From contig JBEKML010000001.1 in assembly GCA_050008535.1 (NCBI GenBank), positions 194,246-258,245 of the forward strand: DNA of 64,000 nt. Direction: 5' to 3'. The stretch's first letter is position 1; the number at the start of each line of letters is the position of its first letter. The translations under genes were made by a program, and so were the position numbers. Source of the DNA: Minisyncoccia bacterium. GTDB taxonomy: Bacteria; Patescibacteriota; Minisyncoccia; UBA6257; 2-01-FULL-56-20. The notes beneath the pieces are model-generated. The model did not search any database and had not been told where the DNA came from. It worked only from the letters and a program-made list of their open reading frames with translations. Shown piece by piece: positions 36,194 through 45,930 of this stretch.

Positions 36194-37093
36194 ATGAAAA
36201 AAACCATCGTTCTTTTGCGCGGCGGTTTGGGGAATCAGATGTTCCAGTATGCTGCGGGCCTGGGCATTGCGAAGAAAAACGGCAGCCGCCTTATGCTTGA
36301 CACCACCCTCCTGAATGACCGCTTTCCCCGGAGGCAGATCACGTTCCGGACCTATGATCTTGATATATTTGCGCTTACGCCCGAGTTCACCGCCCTGTCA
36401 AAAATTTCTTCCAGGGTTCCTGTGCCGGGATTATGGGCCGCCGCTGATCTTGTGTTGATAAAGCTCCGGGACGCGCTCGGTATTCGGCGGATTGTAAAGG
36501 AGAAACAAGAGCACTCCTTTGATCCAAACATATCCCGTGCCGGAGGCGATGTTTTTCTCTGGGGGTTCTGGCAGACACCGAAGTATTTCACGGAAGCCGA
36601 AATGGAGGTGCGCGATGCATTCCGCTTCCGCAACGCGCTCCAGGGAAAAGCGGCGGATATCGCCCGCGCGATCGAAAAGACCAATGCTGTCGCGCTCCAC
36701 GTGCGCCGCGCCGACTATCTCCTTCCAAAATATAAAGGCCTCTACGGCGACACCGACTCCGGTTATTACGAAAAGGCGGTGCGGTACATCGGAGATCGCG
36801 TGAATAATCCTGCATTATTCGTTTTCTCCGACGACATCGCCTGGTGTAAAGAACATTTTCATTTTTCATTTCCCACAACTTTCGTGGATCGTTCGTCCGA
36901 TGGCCCAGGAGGCGGTTTCCATCTGCAGCTCATGTCCCTTTGCAAGCACAATATCATCACGAACAGCTCGTTCTCCTGGTGGGGGGCGTGGCTCAATCGC
37001 AATCATAAAAAGATCGTCATCGCGCCGAAGCGGTGGACGCTTGCGTCCGGCGACGACGAAGATATTATTCCGGAGCGTTGGATAAAACTATAG
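36194..37093 (+). CDS. alpha-1,2-fucosyltransferase (GT11)
   Basis: Contains 'LLRGGLGNQMFQYAAG'. Confidence 0.75.
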   Translation: MKKTIVLLRGGLGNQMFQYAAGLGIAKKNGSRLMLDTTLLNDRFPRRQITFRTYDLDIFALTPEFTALSKISSRVPVPGLWAAADLVLIKLRDALGIRRIVKEKQEHSFDPNISRAGGDVFLWGFWQTPKYFTEAEMEVRDAFRFRNALQGKAADIARAIEKTNAVALHVRRADYLLPKYKGLYGDTDSGYYEKAVRYIGDRVNNPALFVFSDDIAWCKEHFHFSFPTTFVDRSSDGPGGGFHLQLMSLCKHNIITNSSFSWWGAWLNRNHKKIVIAPKRWTLASGDDEDIIPERWIKL

Positions 37094-37103
37094 CTATGGT
37101 ATT

Positions 37104-37997
37104 ATGACGGGCATGGACATAATGCGTCATCCGTATTTCAACACTCCGCGGCTCGTGGTGAATACGCGCGCGGCGCTTTTGGGATTCGCGACGGGGAAGT
37201 TCACATTGACGGAATGTTTATTCCTTTTGGCGAGAAAATTCAAAAACCCGGATACCCAGCGGAAGTTCATGGATTTGCAAAGGCGGGGCATAGCGAAGTT
37301 CATCGGCGAAGGCGGGAGCGTGAACCTTTACGGGCATGCGGTGTATCCTGTCACGGGGGACCCGGAGGAATCATTTTATTTGATTGACCAGATCGTCCGC
37401 CAGAACCAATATCGGACGGAGCTTATAAAAGACGGAGATGTGGTCATAGACGCCGGAGCCAACAAGGGAATTTTCAGCATCAAAGTTGCCCATGAGTTCC
37501 CTCACACCAAGGTCTATGCCTTTGAGCCGATCCACGAAACGGTGGTGGTGCTTAAAAAGAACGCGGCGCCCTATCCGAATATATTCTGTTTTGAGCTCGG
37601 CTTGGGAGACGTAAAAGCCTCAAAACCCATGATGGTGGATCCCGCGGGGCCCGACGGGAACCGGATGGCGGATGCGATCATTGATATGCCGGAAGACCCC
37701 GGCAGGAACGAAACGAGGAATGTTCCCGTGACGACGATCGATGATTTTGTAGCGGAGCACTCCATTCTCCACGCCGACTTTATAAAAATGGACGTTGAGG
37801 GATACGAGGGAAAAATATTGCTCGGCGCGGCAAAGACCATACGGCGCTACAAGCCGACCATAGTGATGTCCGCCTACCACAGCAAGCACGACGTGCAAGA
37901 ATTGCCCAGGATATTGGAAAGCATACAGCCGGGGTATCGCGTAAAGCTCGAAAAAAGGAACGAACTTGACTTTGTGTGCCAATATCCCAAACGATGA
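37104..37997 (+). CDS. FkbM-family methyltransferase
   Basis: Contains 'VIDAGANKGIFSIKVAHEFPHTKVYAFEP'. Confidence 0.75.
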   Translation: MTGMDIMRHPYFNTPRLVVNTRAALLGFATGKFTLTECLFLLARKFKNPDTQRKFMDLQRRGIAKFIGEGGSVNLYGHAVYPVTGDPEESFYLIDQIVRQNQYRTELIKDGDVVIDAGANKGIFSIKVAHEFPHTKVYAFEPIHETVVVLKKNAAPYPNIFCFELGLGDVKASKPMMVDPAGPDGNRMADAIIDMPEDPGRNETRNVPVTTIDDFVAEHSILHADFIKMDVEGYEGKILLGAAKTIRRYKPTIVMSAYHSKHDVQELPRILESIQPGYRVKLEKRNELDFVCQYPKR

Positions 37998-38824
37998 AAG
38001 ATTTTTTTAAAAGATATCAGAGGAAATTGTACCGGCTTTTGGTGCTGCCCTTTGCGAACCGGCGCTATATCCGGCAGCCGGCGCTTTTTGAATCGATCGG
38101 TCCCGCGGACCCCGCAAAACTCTTTGTTGTGACCGTCGCCTTCAATGATCCGGATCTCATCGTGCTGCATCGCGCAGCGTTGCAGAAATATCTTCGCGAC
38201 CCGCACGAATATTTTGTGTTTGATAATTCGAGCAACGAAGGCAAGGCGGAGGAGCTTAAGGCCTGGTGCCTCGATCATAAGGTAAATTACGTGCGGCTCC
38301 CTTTCAACCGTTACCGGACGAATATCCCTTCGGCGTCCCATTCGTTCGCGCTGAATTGGATATACCGCAATTTCATCCTGCGGTTCAAGCCGGCCATCTT
38401 CGGCGTGTGGGACTGCGATCTTTACCCCACGCATCCTGTTACGATCCGCCCGTATCTTGTTGAGCGCGATACGTGGGGCATCATCCGGAAGCAGAGGCCG
38501 GTCTTTCATCCCTGGCAGTCCGGACTTCACGTGTGGATCGGCTTGGCGTTCTTCCGGCTTTCGAAGTTCGCGCGGCGGGCGCCGAACTTTATGCCGCGGT
38601 TCGGGGTTGATGTGAGCGGGCGGATAGAGCTTGATCCGAAGGTCGCGGCGGCCTTCCCCGACCGGCAATATTTGGACGACCTCCTGCCTACGGAGATCGC
38701 GCCCCGCGCGGAAGTGTGGCGGAACGAAAATTTCGTACACTTCGGCGGTTCCGCCGATTTTCCGCCGGGCTTGGAAATAAAGAAACGGTGGATGAGGGAT
38801 GCGTTGGGCATTTCAAAAAAATAA
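37994..38824 (+). CDS. GT-A-like glycosyltransferase (hypothetical)
   Basis: Contains 'LFVVTVAFNDPDLIVLHRAALQKYLRDPHEYFVFDNSSNEG'; an ATGA overlap joins it to the upstream gene. Confidence 0.35.
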   Translation: MKDFFKRYQRKLYRLLVLPFANRRYIRQPALFESIGPADPAKLFVVTVAFNDPDLIVLHRAALQKYLRDPHEYFVFDNSSNEGKAEELKAWCLDHKVNYVRLPFNRYRTNIPSASHSFALNWIYRNFILRFKPAIFGVWDCDLYPTHPVTIRPYLVERDTWGIIRKQRPVFHPWQSGLHVWIGLAFFRLSKFARRAPNFMPRFGVDVSGRIELDPKVAAAFPDRQYLDDLLPTEIAPRAEVWRNENFVHFGGSADFPPGLEIKKRWMRDALGISKK

Positions 38825-38838
38825 GGGTATTGTTATCA

Positions 38839-39417
38839 ATGATGCAGGAATACATCAAAGAATCCATCGCGCTTGAAGAGGCGCTTGCGAAGGACCAGCA
38901 GCTTGCTGCATTTTTCACGGGTGCCGTGGATGCGGTATGCCGTGCGATGCAGGCGGGCAACAAGGTTCTCATCGCGGGCAACGGGGGAAGCGCCGCCGAC
39001 ACCCAGCATTTCGCCGCGGAATTCGTTGGGAAATACAAAATGAAGCGTGCGGCATACCCCGCGATCGCGCTTACGACCGACACCTCGTTGCTCACCGCGT
39101 GGAGCAATGATGAAGGATTTGAGGGTGTTTTTGAACGTCAGGTTGAAGCGTTGGGAAGGGCGGGCGACGTATTTTTTGGCATTTCAACCAGCGGGAATTC
39201 AGAGAATATCATCCGGGCGATCAAGGCGGCGAAACAAAAAAAGATCGTCGCGGTCGCCCTGCTCGGCGGCGACGGCGGCAGGACAAAAGAAATGGCAGAT
39301 CTTGAATTCATCGTTCCCTCAAGGAACACGCCGCGCGTTCAGGAAATGCATACGTTAATTTTGCACAGTATTGCCGAGGAAGTGGAAAAGAGGATATCTG
39401 GCGCGGCAGGGAGATAG
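38839..39417 (+). CDS. gmhA: SIS-domain sedoheptulose-7-phosphate isomerase
   Basis: Contains 'KVLIAGNGGSAADTQHFAAEFVGKY'. Confidence 0.75.
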   Translation: MMQEYIKESIALEEALAKDQQLAAFFTGAVDAVCRAMQAGNKVLIAGNGGSAADTQHFAAEFVGKYKMKRAAYPAIALTTDTSLLTAWSNDEGFEGVFERQVEALGRAGDVFFGISTSGNSENIIRAIKAAKQKKIVAVALLGGDGGRTKEMADLEFIVPSRNTPRVQEMHTLILHSIAEEVEKRISGAAGR

Positions 39418-39438
39418 CGGGATGGCGGCGAAGCACGT

Positions 39439-40218
39439 ATGAAACTGATTTCATTGAACACATGGGGCGGAAAGCTGTACGAACCCCTTATAGCCTTCGT
39501 TAAAAAAGCGGCGGAAACAACCGACATTTTTTGTTTTCAGGAGGTACATTTTTCTAAAGTGCCTCATCCGGAAATTTCGCAGATAAGGGCGAATCTTGCA
39601 TTTGAACTGAAGGGCGTACTTTCTGATTTTTTGATGGTCGAGCGGTTGGCGGCCAAGGGAAATCGTGTAAGCATTGAAGCAGTGAACAACAAGGTGAGAA
39701 TGGGCATAGTGATTTTTGTGAAGAAGCCGCTAGGCGTTCTTGAGAGCGGCGGATTCCGCACCTATGCGGAGGATCGAGAAAGCGCAAAAGAGAAGATAGA
39801 AGTGACAACCGGCAACTTCCAATTCGTAAAAATAAGAAGCGCCGGCGGAGCCTATTTCGTCGGCAATATCCACGGCGTGTGGCTGCCCGGTTCCAAGTCC
39901 GATACGCCCAAAAGAATAGAACAATCCGGCCGCGTGGAAGATGCTATGAAGGAGTTTTATGGCAAAAAAATTCTCTGCGGCGATTTCAATTTAGAACCCA
40001 AAACGAGAAGCATCAGCATGTTTGGGTTGGGCATGCGCGACTTGATCAAAGAATATAAAATTAAAACAACAAGGAACCGCCATTATGCGGACATGGAGAA
40101 GTATGCCGATTACATCGCCGATTATATATTCGTCTCTCCCGATGTCCGCGTCGCGGACTTCAGGGTTTTAATGGACGAGGTTTCCGACCACTCGCCGCTC
40201 CTGCTGGAATTTAGCTAA
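39439..40218 (+). CDS. endonuclease/exonuclease/phosphatase (EEP) family protein
   Basis: Contains 'LNTWGG…DIFCFQEVHF … SDHSPLLLEF'. Confidence 0.65.
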   Translation: MKLISLNTWGGKLYEPLIAFVKKAAETTDIFCFQEVHFSKVPHPEISQIRANLAFELKGVLSDFLMVERLAAKGNRVSIEAVNNKVRMGIVIFVKKPLGVLESGGFRTYAEDRESAKEKIEVTTGNFQFVKIRSAGGAYFVGNIHGVWLPGSKSDTPKRIEQSGRVEDAMKEFYGKKILCGDFNLEPKTRSISMFGLGMRDLIKEYKIKTTRNRHYADMEKYADYIADYIFVSPDVRVADFRVLMDEVSDHSPLLLEFS

Positions 40219-40325
40219 ATAATTTGACACCACCGCCATAGAATGCTATTCTATGGCCAGTAGTCTTTAGTTGAGAGCAAGCTGTTTTTCTAATCTGAAT
40301 CGTCTGAAGCGACGGAGGTGTTCCG

Positions 40326-41060
40326 ATGAATGCAGTCGAGTGTTTTGCGGCGTATCGGAAGAACGCCGCAAGGATTGAGGAACTTTTGGCTGGAATTTCC
40401 AGTGATTCGTTCCAGCCCGACAGAGTGATTCTGGCATGGGAAAGGGGCGGGTTGCTCGCGCCGGGATGGACCGACGAAGGGGCGCTCAGCCGCCTCTGGA
40501 TCAACGTCGCGGCGCACAACGCTGCGGTCGGACGGGTCGCCTTTTGCTTGAGCGGTGGTGATCCGTTCGCTACCGAGGGAGGCCTTGTCCACGATGCTTT
40601 CAAGCGCCGCGAGTGGGAGTTTGGCGAGGAAGCCAAGCGAAGCGGATCGGACCGCGCGGCTGTCAATCGCGGAGCCGAGCTGGCAGGCGGGACGTTTCTT
40701 CAGGACCTCGGCTTCCCCGATGATGTTGTTCGGGCTTCGAAGACCACGGGGGACCTCGGGCTCGACCTCATTCTCGCGGGCGGCGTCACTCTCGCGGAGA
40801 AGATTGTCTTCTACGCAGACTCCTGCGTTTCTGGCGATCAGATCGTCGGCTACAAACAACGGCTCGACGATCTCGCTCCTCAGTACGAACCCGGCGGGCG
40901 ATACGAGTTCCTGGCGGCTAGGTACCGCGAGAAGTTCGGCGGCCGGACCCATCGGCAGGTATGGGACAGCGTGGTGCTGCCGCTCGAGGAAGAACTGGTC
41001 AGAGAGCTGGGCTTCAGCTGCGAACCCAGCCAGCTCTACCAATACGCTCTCGCGTCCTGA
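40326..41060 (+). CDS. HD-domain phosphohydrolase-like protein (hypothetical)
   Basis: A strong SD 'GGAGGTG' lies upstream; the sequence has 'AAHNAAVG…GGLVHDAFK', which fits the H…HD pattern. Confidence 0.4.
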   Translation: MNAVECFAAYRKNAARIEELLAGISSDSFQPDRVILAWERGGLLAPGWTDEGALSRLWINVAAHNAAVGRVAFCLSGGDPFATEGGLVHDAFKRREWEFGEEAKRSGSDRAAVNRGAELAGGTFLQDLGFPDDVVRASKTTGDLGLDLILAGGVTLAEKIVFYADSCVSGDQIVGYKQRLDDLAPQYEPGGRYEFLAARYREKFGGRTHRQVWDSVVLPLEEELVRELGFSCEPSQLYQYALAS

Positions 41061-41092
41061 TCGCTCCAGTGTGGGACGCACAACACACAAGA

Positions 41093-41135
41093 TCGAGGGG
41101 CTGGATTCATTTCCGGCCCCTTTCGCGTTTTTGAA
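41093..41135 (+). terminator. intrinsic terminator (GGGGCTGG…CCGGCCCC followed by TTTCGCGTTTTT)
   Basis: Seen directly in the sequence; a TTGACG-N17-TACTAT promoter follows. Confidence 0.45.
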
Positions 41136-41214
41136 AGCTCTTGACGCCGTTTGGTGCGGTATATACTATAGGGTGGCAGTGTCGAAGCGCGATTTTTTAA
41201 ATTAAACCCCTTTT

Positions 41215-42243
41215 ATGATCATAGTAAGAGCACCCGCGCGCATCAGTTTTGTGGGGGGCGGCACCGACCTCCCCGCGTTTTACACGCAGTCGCCTGGCTG
41301 CGTAATTTCCACGGCCATCAATAAATATTCTTACGCGGTGGTGAACCGCCAGCCGCTCGCGCATGGGAAGGTTTCTGCGCGATACAGCACCGCCGAGAGC
41401 GCGGGCCACTCGCGGGAACTGAAAAACAACCGGATCCGGGAAGCGCTGCTCCATTTTGGCATTGAACACGATGTTGACGTCACTACGTTCTCGGACATAC
41501 CGATCAATTCCGGCCTGGGGGCATCTTCCAGTTTTTCGGTCGCCCTCATGAAGGCCCTCTTGCTTTTACAAGGGAAAGAAGCGGATCAGAGAGAGGTCGC
41601 CGAACTTGCCTCGCATCTTGAGATCAATCTCGTGAAAGACCCGATCGGTAAACAAGACCAATATGCTGCGGCATTCGGCGGGATGAAAGTGTTTCGGTTC
41701 AATCCGGATCATTCGGTTGATGTTGAGCCGGTATATTTGGATTACAAAAAACAATCGGCGCTCGAGGGCCACATCCAGCTTTTTTATACGGGGATAGCAC
41801 GCCTGGCGTCGTCGGTCCTTGCCGAACAGTCGGCGAACGCGCAAAAGAAATTCAGCACGTTCAAAGAAATGGCCGATCTGGTGCCTGAATTCAGGGCAAA
41901 ACTGCTTGCCGGGGATTTCCGGGGATTGGGGACTTTGTTGCATGCGGGATGGTTGAAGAAGAAAACGCTTGCTTCGAACATATCGAACTCCGTCATTGAC
42001 GATTTTTATGCAGCCGGCATGGATGCGGGCGCGTGGGGCGGAAAAGTGCTCGGTGCGGGCGGCGGCGGCTGTGTTATGTTCCTCACGCCAAATGGGCGGA
42101 AGCTGGCCGTGCAGAGCGCGGCGGCGGCGGTTGCGAAGAAGCACAACCTCGAGAATTTCATTGAGATACCGGTCCGGTTCGTCCAATCAGGAGTCGAGGT
42201 GCTTCTCGGCCATGATCAGGACAATGTGCCGCACCTTGCATAA
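41215..42243 (+). CDS. hddA: GHMP sugar kinase (D-glycero-alpha-D-manno-heptose-7-phosphate kinase-like)
   Basis: Contains 'IVRAPARISFVGGGTDLPAFY' and 'PINSGLGASSSFSVAL'. Confidence 0.75.
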   Translation: MIIVRAPARISFVGGGTDLPAFYTQSPGCVISTAINKYSYAVVNRQPLAHGKVSARYSTAESAGHSRELKNNRIREALLHFGIEHDVDVTTFSDIPINSGLGASSSFSVALMKALLLLQGKEADQREVAELASHLEINLVKDPIGKQDQYAAAFGGMKVFRFNPDHSVDVEPVYLDYKKQSALEGHIQLFYTGIARLASSVLAEQSANAQKKFSTFKEMADLVPEFRAKLLAGDFRGLGTLLHAGWLKKKTLASNISNSVIDDFYAAGMDAGAWGGKVLGAGGGGCVMFLTPNGRKLAVQSAAAAVAKKHNLENFIEIPVRFVQSGVEVLLGHDQDNVPHLA

Positions 42244-42251
42244 CCAGTTTC

Positions 42252-42851
42252 ATGGAGACCTATATAAAAAATTTCTGCGAAAAAGTCGTTGACGCCCTCC
42301 GTAAGATTCCCAAGAACGAAATCGCAAAGGCGATCAACATCATCCAGGCGGCGTATGAACGCAATGGACGCATTTACATTTTCGGCAACGGGGGATCGCT
42401 CGCCATTGCGACGCATTGGGTGAGCGATTTCAATAAGACGGTTTTCAGCCATCACTTGGACAAATCCACGCGGCGGTTCCAGGCGATCCGCCTCCCTTCC
42501 ACCGAATCGGAACTCACGGCCTGGGCGAACGACATTGGGTACGACATGGTGTTCGCGGGTCCCTTGAAGAACTATCTCCAGGAATCCGACGTGGTCATTG
42601 CCATCTCAAGCTCGGGCAATTCACTGAACATCGTGAAGGCGGTGGAGCTCGCGAAGGCCCGCCACATTCCCGTCATCGGCCTCTCCGGCTTTGACGGAGG
42701 AAAGCTGAACGAATTGGCCGACGCCAAGGTATTGGTATCCACGAAAAAAGGCGAGTACGAAGTGGTTGAGAGCGTGCACGGCACTATCCTCCATCTTCTC
42801 ACCAGATATTTCGGCGATTATTTTGACCACATGGCGAAGCAGCAGTCATGA
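42252..42851 (+). CDS. gmhA: second SIS-domain phosphoheptose isomerase
   Basis: Contains 'IYIFGNGGSLAIATHWVSDFNK'. Confidence 0.75.
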   Translation: METYIKNFCEKVVDALRKIPKNEIAKAINIIQAAYERNGRIYIFGNGGSLAIATHWVSDFNKTVFSHHLDKSTRRFQAIRLPSTESELTAWANDIGYDMVFAGPLKNYLQESDVVIAISSSGNSLNIVKAVELAKARHIPVIGLSGFDGGKLNELADAKVLVSTKKGEYEVVESVHGTILHLLTRYFGDYFDHMAKQQS

Positions 42852-43888
42852 AAAAAGTTTTGGTTACGGGAAACCAGGGGTACATTGGGTCAATTTTGAC
42901 CGAGTTGCTTCTGGCGCGCGGATACGATGTTGCGGGGTACGACGTGGGATATTATGGTGACTGCGACCTTGCTCCGGCGAAGCGGCCCGCGGCCCAGATA
43001 AAAAAAGACGTCCGGGATGTTGTTTCCGAAGACCTGCGCGGCATTCACGCCGTCATTCATCTTGCGGCGCTTTCAAACGATCCCTTGGGAGAGCTCAAGG
43101 CGGGGATCACCGAAGAAATTAACCTGAAAGCGACGGTGGATTTTGGGCGCTTGGCGAAAGAGGCCGGCGTGCAGCGCTTCGTGTATGTTTCTTCGCAGAG
43201 CATGTACGGCGTTGCGGATACGAGCCACGAGCTTGCGGAGGACGAAGCAGGGCCGTACGGCGTGACGGCCTATGCGCGCACCAAGTGGGATGCGGAGTGC
43301 GAACTTAAAAAACTGAACGACGCAAACTTCGCGGTGATCTGCATGCGGCCGTCCACGGTCTTTGGCGCGAGCCCGAACTTCCGGGCGGACATCGTTTTTA
43401 ATAATCTTGTAGGATCGGCCTACACGACCGGAAAAATAGAGATCAAAAGTGACGGGACGCCGTGGCGGCCCGTCGTGCACGTGCGCGACGTTTCGAACGC
43501 CTTCATTGCGGGACTTGAGGCGCCGCTGGAGCTCGTGGCAGGACAATCGTTCAACGTAGGCATTCCGAACGGGAATTATACCGTTCGCACATTGGCCGAA
43601 GCGGCGCAGCGCGCGGTGCCCGGGAGCACACTTGCCTTTACTGGCGAGCACGGCTCGGACTCTCGCACCTATCGCGTGAGCTTTCAAAAAATACTCACCG
43701 TGCTTAAGGATTTTTATAAGCCCGAGTGGGACCTGGATAGGGGCGGAAAAGAATTAATTGACTTTTTTAAAGAAATTCATTTTACTGAAGAGCAATTCAG
43801 AGGCCGCACCTGCAATCGTCTGAAGCAGATAAACAGCCTTTTGGAGCGCGGTGCTTTGGATCAGAACCTGCGATGGCTCAAACAATAA
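42848..43888 (+). CDS. NAD-dependent epimerase/dehydratase (SDR)
   Basis: Contains 'KVLVTGNQGYIGSILTELL' and a YxxxK motif. Confidence 0.75.
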   Translation: MKKVLVTGNQGYIGSILTELLLARGYDVAGYDVGYYGDCDLAPAKRPAAQIKKDVRDVVSEDLRGIHAVIHLAALSNDPLGELKAGITEEINLKATVDFGRLAKEAGVQRFVYVSSQSMYGVADTSHELAEDEAGPYGVTAYARTKWDAECELKKLNDANFAVICMRPSTVFGASPNFRADIVFNNLVGSAYTTGKIEIKSDGTPWRPVVHVRDVSNAFIAGLEAPLELVAGQSFNVGIPNGNYTVRTLAEAAQRAVPGSTLAFTGEHGSDSRTYRVSFQKILTVLKDFYKPEWDLDRGGKELIDFFKEIHFTEEQFRGRTCNRLKQINSLLERGALDQNLRWLKQ

Positions 43889-45078
43889 AACAAGCAGTTA
43901 TTCTTGCCGGAGGGAGGGGGACGCGGCTCCAGCCGCTCACGCTTACCCTGCCAAAACCCATGGCGCCGGTGAACGGCCGCCCCTTTTTGGAATACCAGAT
44001 CGAGCTCCTGCGTAAGAACGGCATCGAGGACATCGTGCTGCTTTTGGGGTATCTCCCAGAAAAGATAGTCGAGCATTTCGGCGACGGCAAAAAATTCGGC
44101 GTGCGCATCCGCCATTCGATTACCGACGTGGACGACGATACGGGCACGCGCCTCAAAAAAGCCGAGGCGCTCCTGGATGACCGCTTCCTTTTGATGTACA
44201 GCGATAATTATCTGCCGATCGAGCTTCGTAAAATGGTTGCGTTCCACGATGCCAAAGGGACGGCTGGAATGGTGACGGTCTATAACAATCGTGACGGCGG
44301 CGGGGAGTATGGCATAAAGAACAACGTAAAGGTGGAAGAAGGCGGGAGCGTCAGTTATTACGGCCCGGCGAGCGATGACCTGGCGCTGGCTAATGCCACA
44401 GATGTGGGATTTTTCATCATGCCGAAAATGGTCGTGCGGATGCTGCCGGACGAGAACTGCTCGTTCCAAAATACTGTCCTGCCAAAACTTGCGCGAGAAG
44501 GCCAATTGGTTGCCTACCGTACCGACCACCCGTATTATCCGATCACGTCGCTTGCTCATCTGCCCATTATTGAAAAGTTTTTGGAGCCGAAGAAAGTGAT
44601 CTTCCTGGACCGCGACGGCGTCATTAATAAAAAAGCCGCCGACGATGACTATGTGAAGCACTGGGGAGAATTCGAATTCGTTCCCGGAGCGGTGGAGGCC
44701 GTGAAACTTCTCACGGACGCGGGTTATCAGATTTATATTATCTCCAACCAGCGCGGGATTGCCCGTGGCCTGATGACTGAGAATGACCTTGCAGATATCC
44801 ATCGGCGGATGTTGGATGAACTTTCGCGTGCCGGCGGGCGTATCGCGGCGATCTATTATTGCCCCCACGGGAAGGAGGACAATTGTTTTTGCCGGAAGCC
44901 CAAGCCGGGAATGTTCTTTCGCGCCGCGCGGGAACACCATATTGATCTCACGAAAGCCGTGGCGATCGGCGACAGCGCAAGCGACCAAGCGGCCAGCGAG
45001 GCCGCAGGGTGCCGGACCATAATTGCCAAAGAAGGCGACCTCCTGAAAGTGATACAATCACTAATAAGAGAATTATGA
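43873..45078 (+). CDS. bifunctional fusion of D-glycero-alpha-D-manno-heptose-1-phosphate guanylyltransferase (HddC-like) and D,D-heptose-1,7-bisphosphate phosphatase (GmhB-like HAD)
   Basis: N-terminal 'VILAGGRGTRLQPLT' and C-terminal 'VIFLDRDGVINKK…YCPHGKEDNCFCRKPKPGM…AIGDSASD'. Confidence 0.75.
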   Translation: MAQTIKQAVILAGGRGTRLQPLTLTLPKPMAPVNGRPFLEYQIELLRKNGIEDIVLLLGYLPEKIVEHFGDGKKFGVRIRHSITDVDDDTGTRLKKAEALLDDRFLLMYSDNYLPIELRKMVAFHDAKGTAGMVTVYNNRDGGGEYGIKNNVKVEEGGSVSYYGPASDDLALANATDVGFFIMPKMVVRMLPDENCSFQNTVLPKLAREGQLVAYRTDHPYYPITSLAHLPIIEKFLEPKKVIFLDRDGVINKKAADDDYVKHWGEFEFVPGAVEAVKLLTDAGYQIYIISNQRGIARGLMTENDLADIHRRMLDELSRAGGRIAAIYYCPHGKEDNCFCRKPKPGMFFRAAREHHIDLTKAVAIGDSASDQAASEAAGCRTIIAKEGDLLKVIQSLIREL

Positions 45079-45926
45079 GAATTTTTGTTACGGGAGGGAC
45101 CGGTTTTGTAGGAAAGCATGTGGTTGCGGAACTACGGAAACGGGGCCATAAGCTCCTCATTCTTTCGCGCCAAAAAACAAAGAGCGGCCCGCGATCAACA
45201 TTTTTGCGCGGCGATCTTTCTTCCATAACGAAATGGCAGGGCAAACTTGCCCGCTTTAAACCGCAGGCCGCGATCCATATGGCATGGGAAGGGATCCCCG
45301 ATTACGGCCCGGAAATGAGTTTGAAAAATTTTTCCCAGGGTGTTGCCCTCATACGCGCCCTCGGCGAGGCAGGGTGTAAAAAGGTTGTTGCGGTAGGCAG
45401 CTGCTGGGAGTATGGAAGAGATTCAGGAAAGATCGGCGAAGATACCGATCCTCGGCCAACCAGCGCCTTTTCCGCAGCGAAGACCGCTCTGCACTGGCTG
45501 GGGAGAGAAACGGCGAAGGAATATGGCATGGAATTTGTTTGGGCGAGGATATTTTACGTCTACGGGCCGGGCCAGAAGGCTTCCTCGCTCATCCCGCATC
45601 TTATCGCGGACAAGCGCGTTGGCACTCTTCCTGTGGTAAAGAATCCGAACGGCGGCAATGATTTTGTGTATGTTGGCGACGTGGCCTGCGCGCTCCGCAT
45701 GCTTATTGAGAAAAAAACGCCGCACGGCATTTATAACATCGGTGCGGGACGCGTGACGGGCGTGCGCGAAGTGGCCCGCGCGGTGTACGGCAAGGACGTT
45801 ATCGCCCGGAAAGGGCTGGCGCGGGGATTTTATGCCGACATCGCGAGGATAAAAAAAGATGTTGGTTGGAAGCCAAGCGTTTCCATTACTGCCGGTGTCC
45901 GCGCGATGATGGATGTGCTATCATAA
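45075..45926 (+). CDS. NAD-dependent epimerase/dehydratase (SDR)
   Basis: Contains 'MRIFVTGGTGFVGKHV'. Confidence 0.7.
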   Translation: MRIFVTGGTGFVGKHVVAELRKRGHKLLILSRQKTKSGPRSTFLRGDLSSITKWQGKLARFKPQAAIHMAWEGIPDYGPEMSLKNFSQGVALIRALGEAGCKKVVAVGSCWEYGRDSGKIGEDTDPRPTSAFSAAKTALHWLGRETAKEYGMEFVWARIFYVYGPGQKASSLIPHLIADKRVGTLPVVKNPNGGNDFVYVGDVACALRMLIEKKTPHGIYNIGAGRVTGVREVARAVYGKDVIARKGLARGFYADIARIKKDVGWKPSVSITAGVRAMMDVLS

Positions 45927-45930
45927 CGCT

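Noticed and set aside
40290-41090. 266-aa minus-strand ORF overlapping the HD-domain gene
   Set aside because: The plus-strand ORF has a strong SD 7 nt from its ATG, an H…HD motif, and a promoter/terminator pair in the plus orientation. The minus-strand ORF has none of these.
43861-45057. 398-aa minus-strand ORF
   Set aside because: Antisense to the HddC-GmhB fusion, which has clear NTP-transferase and HAD motifs.
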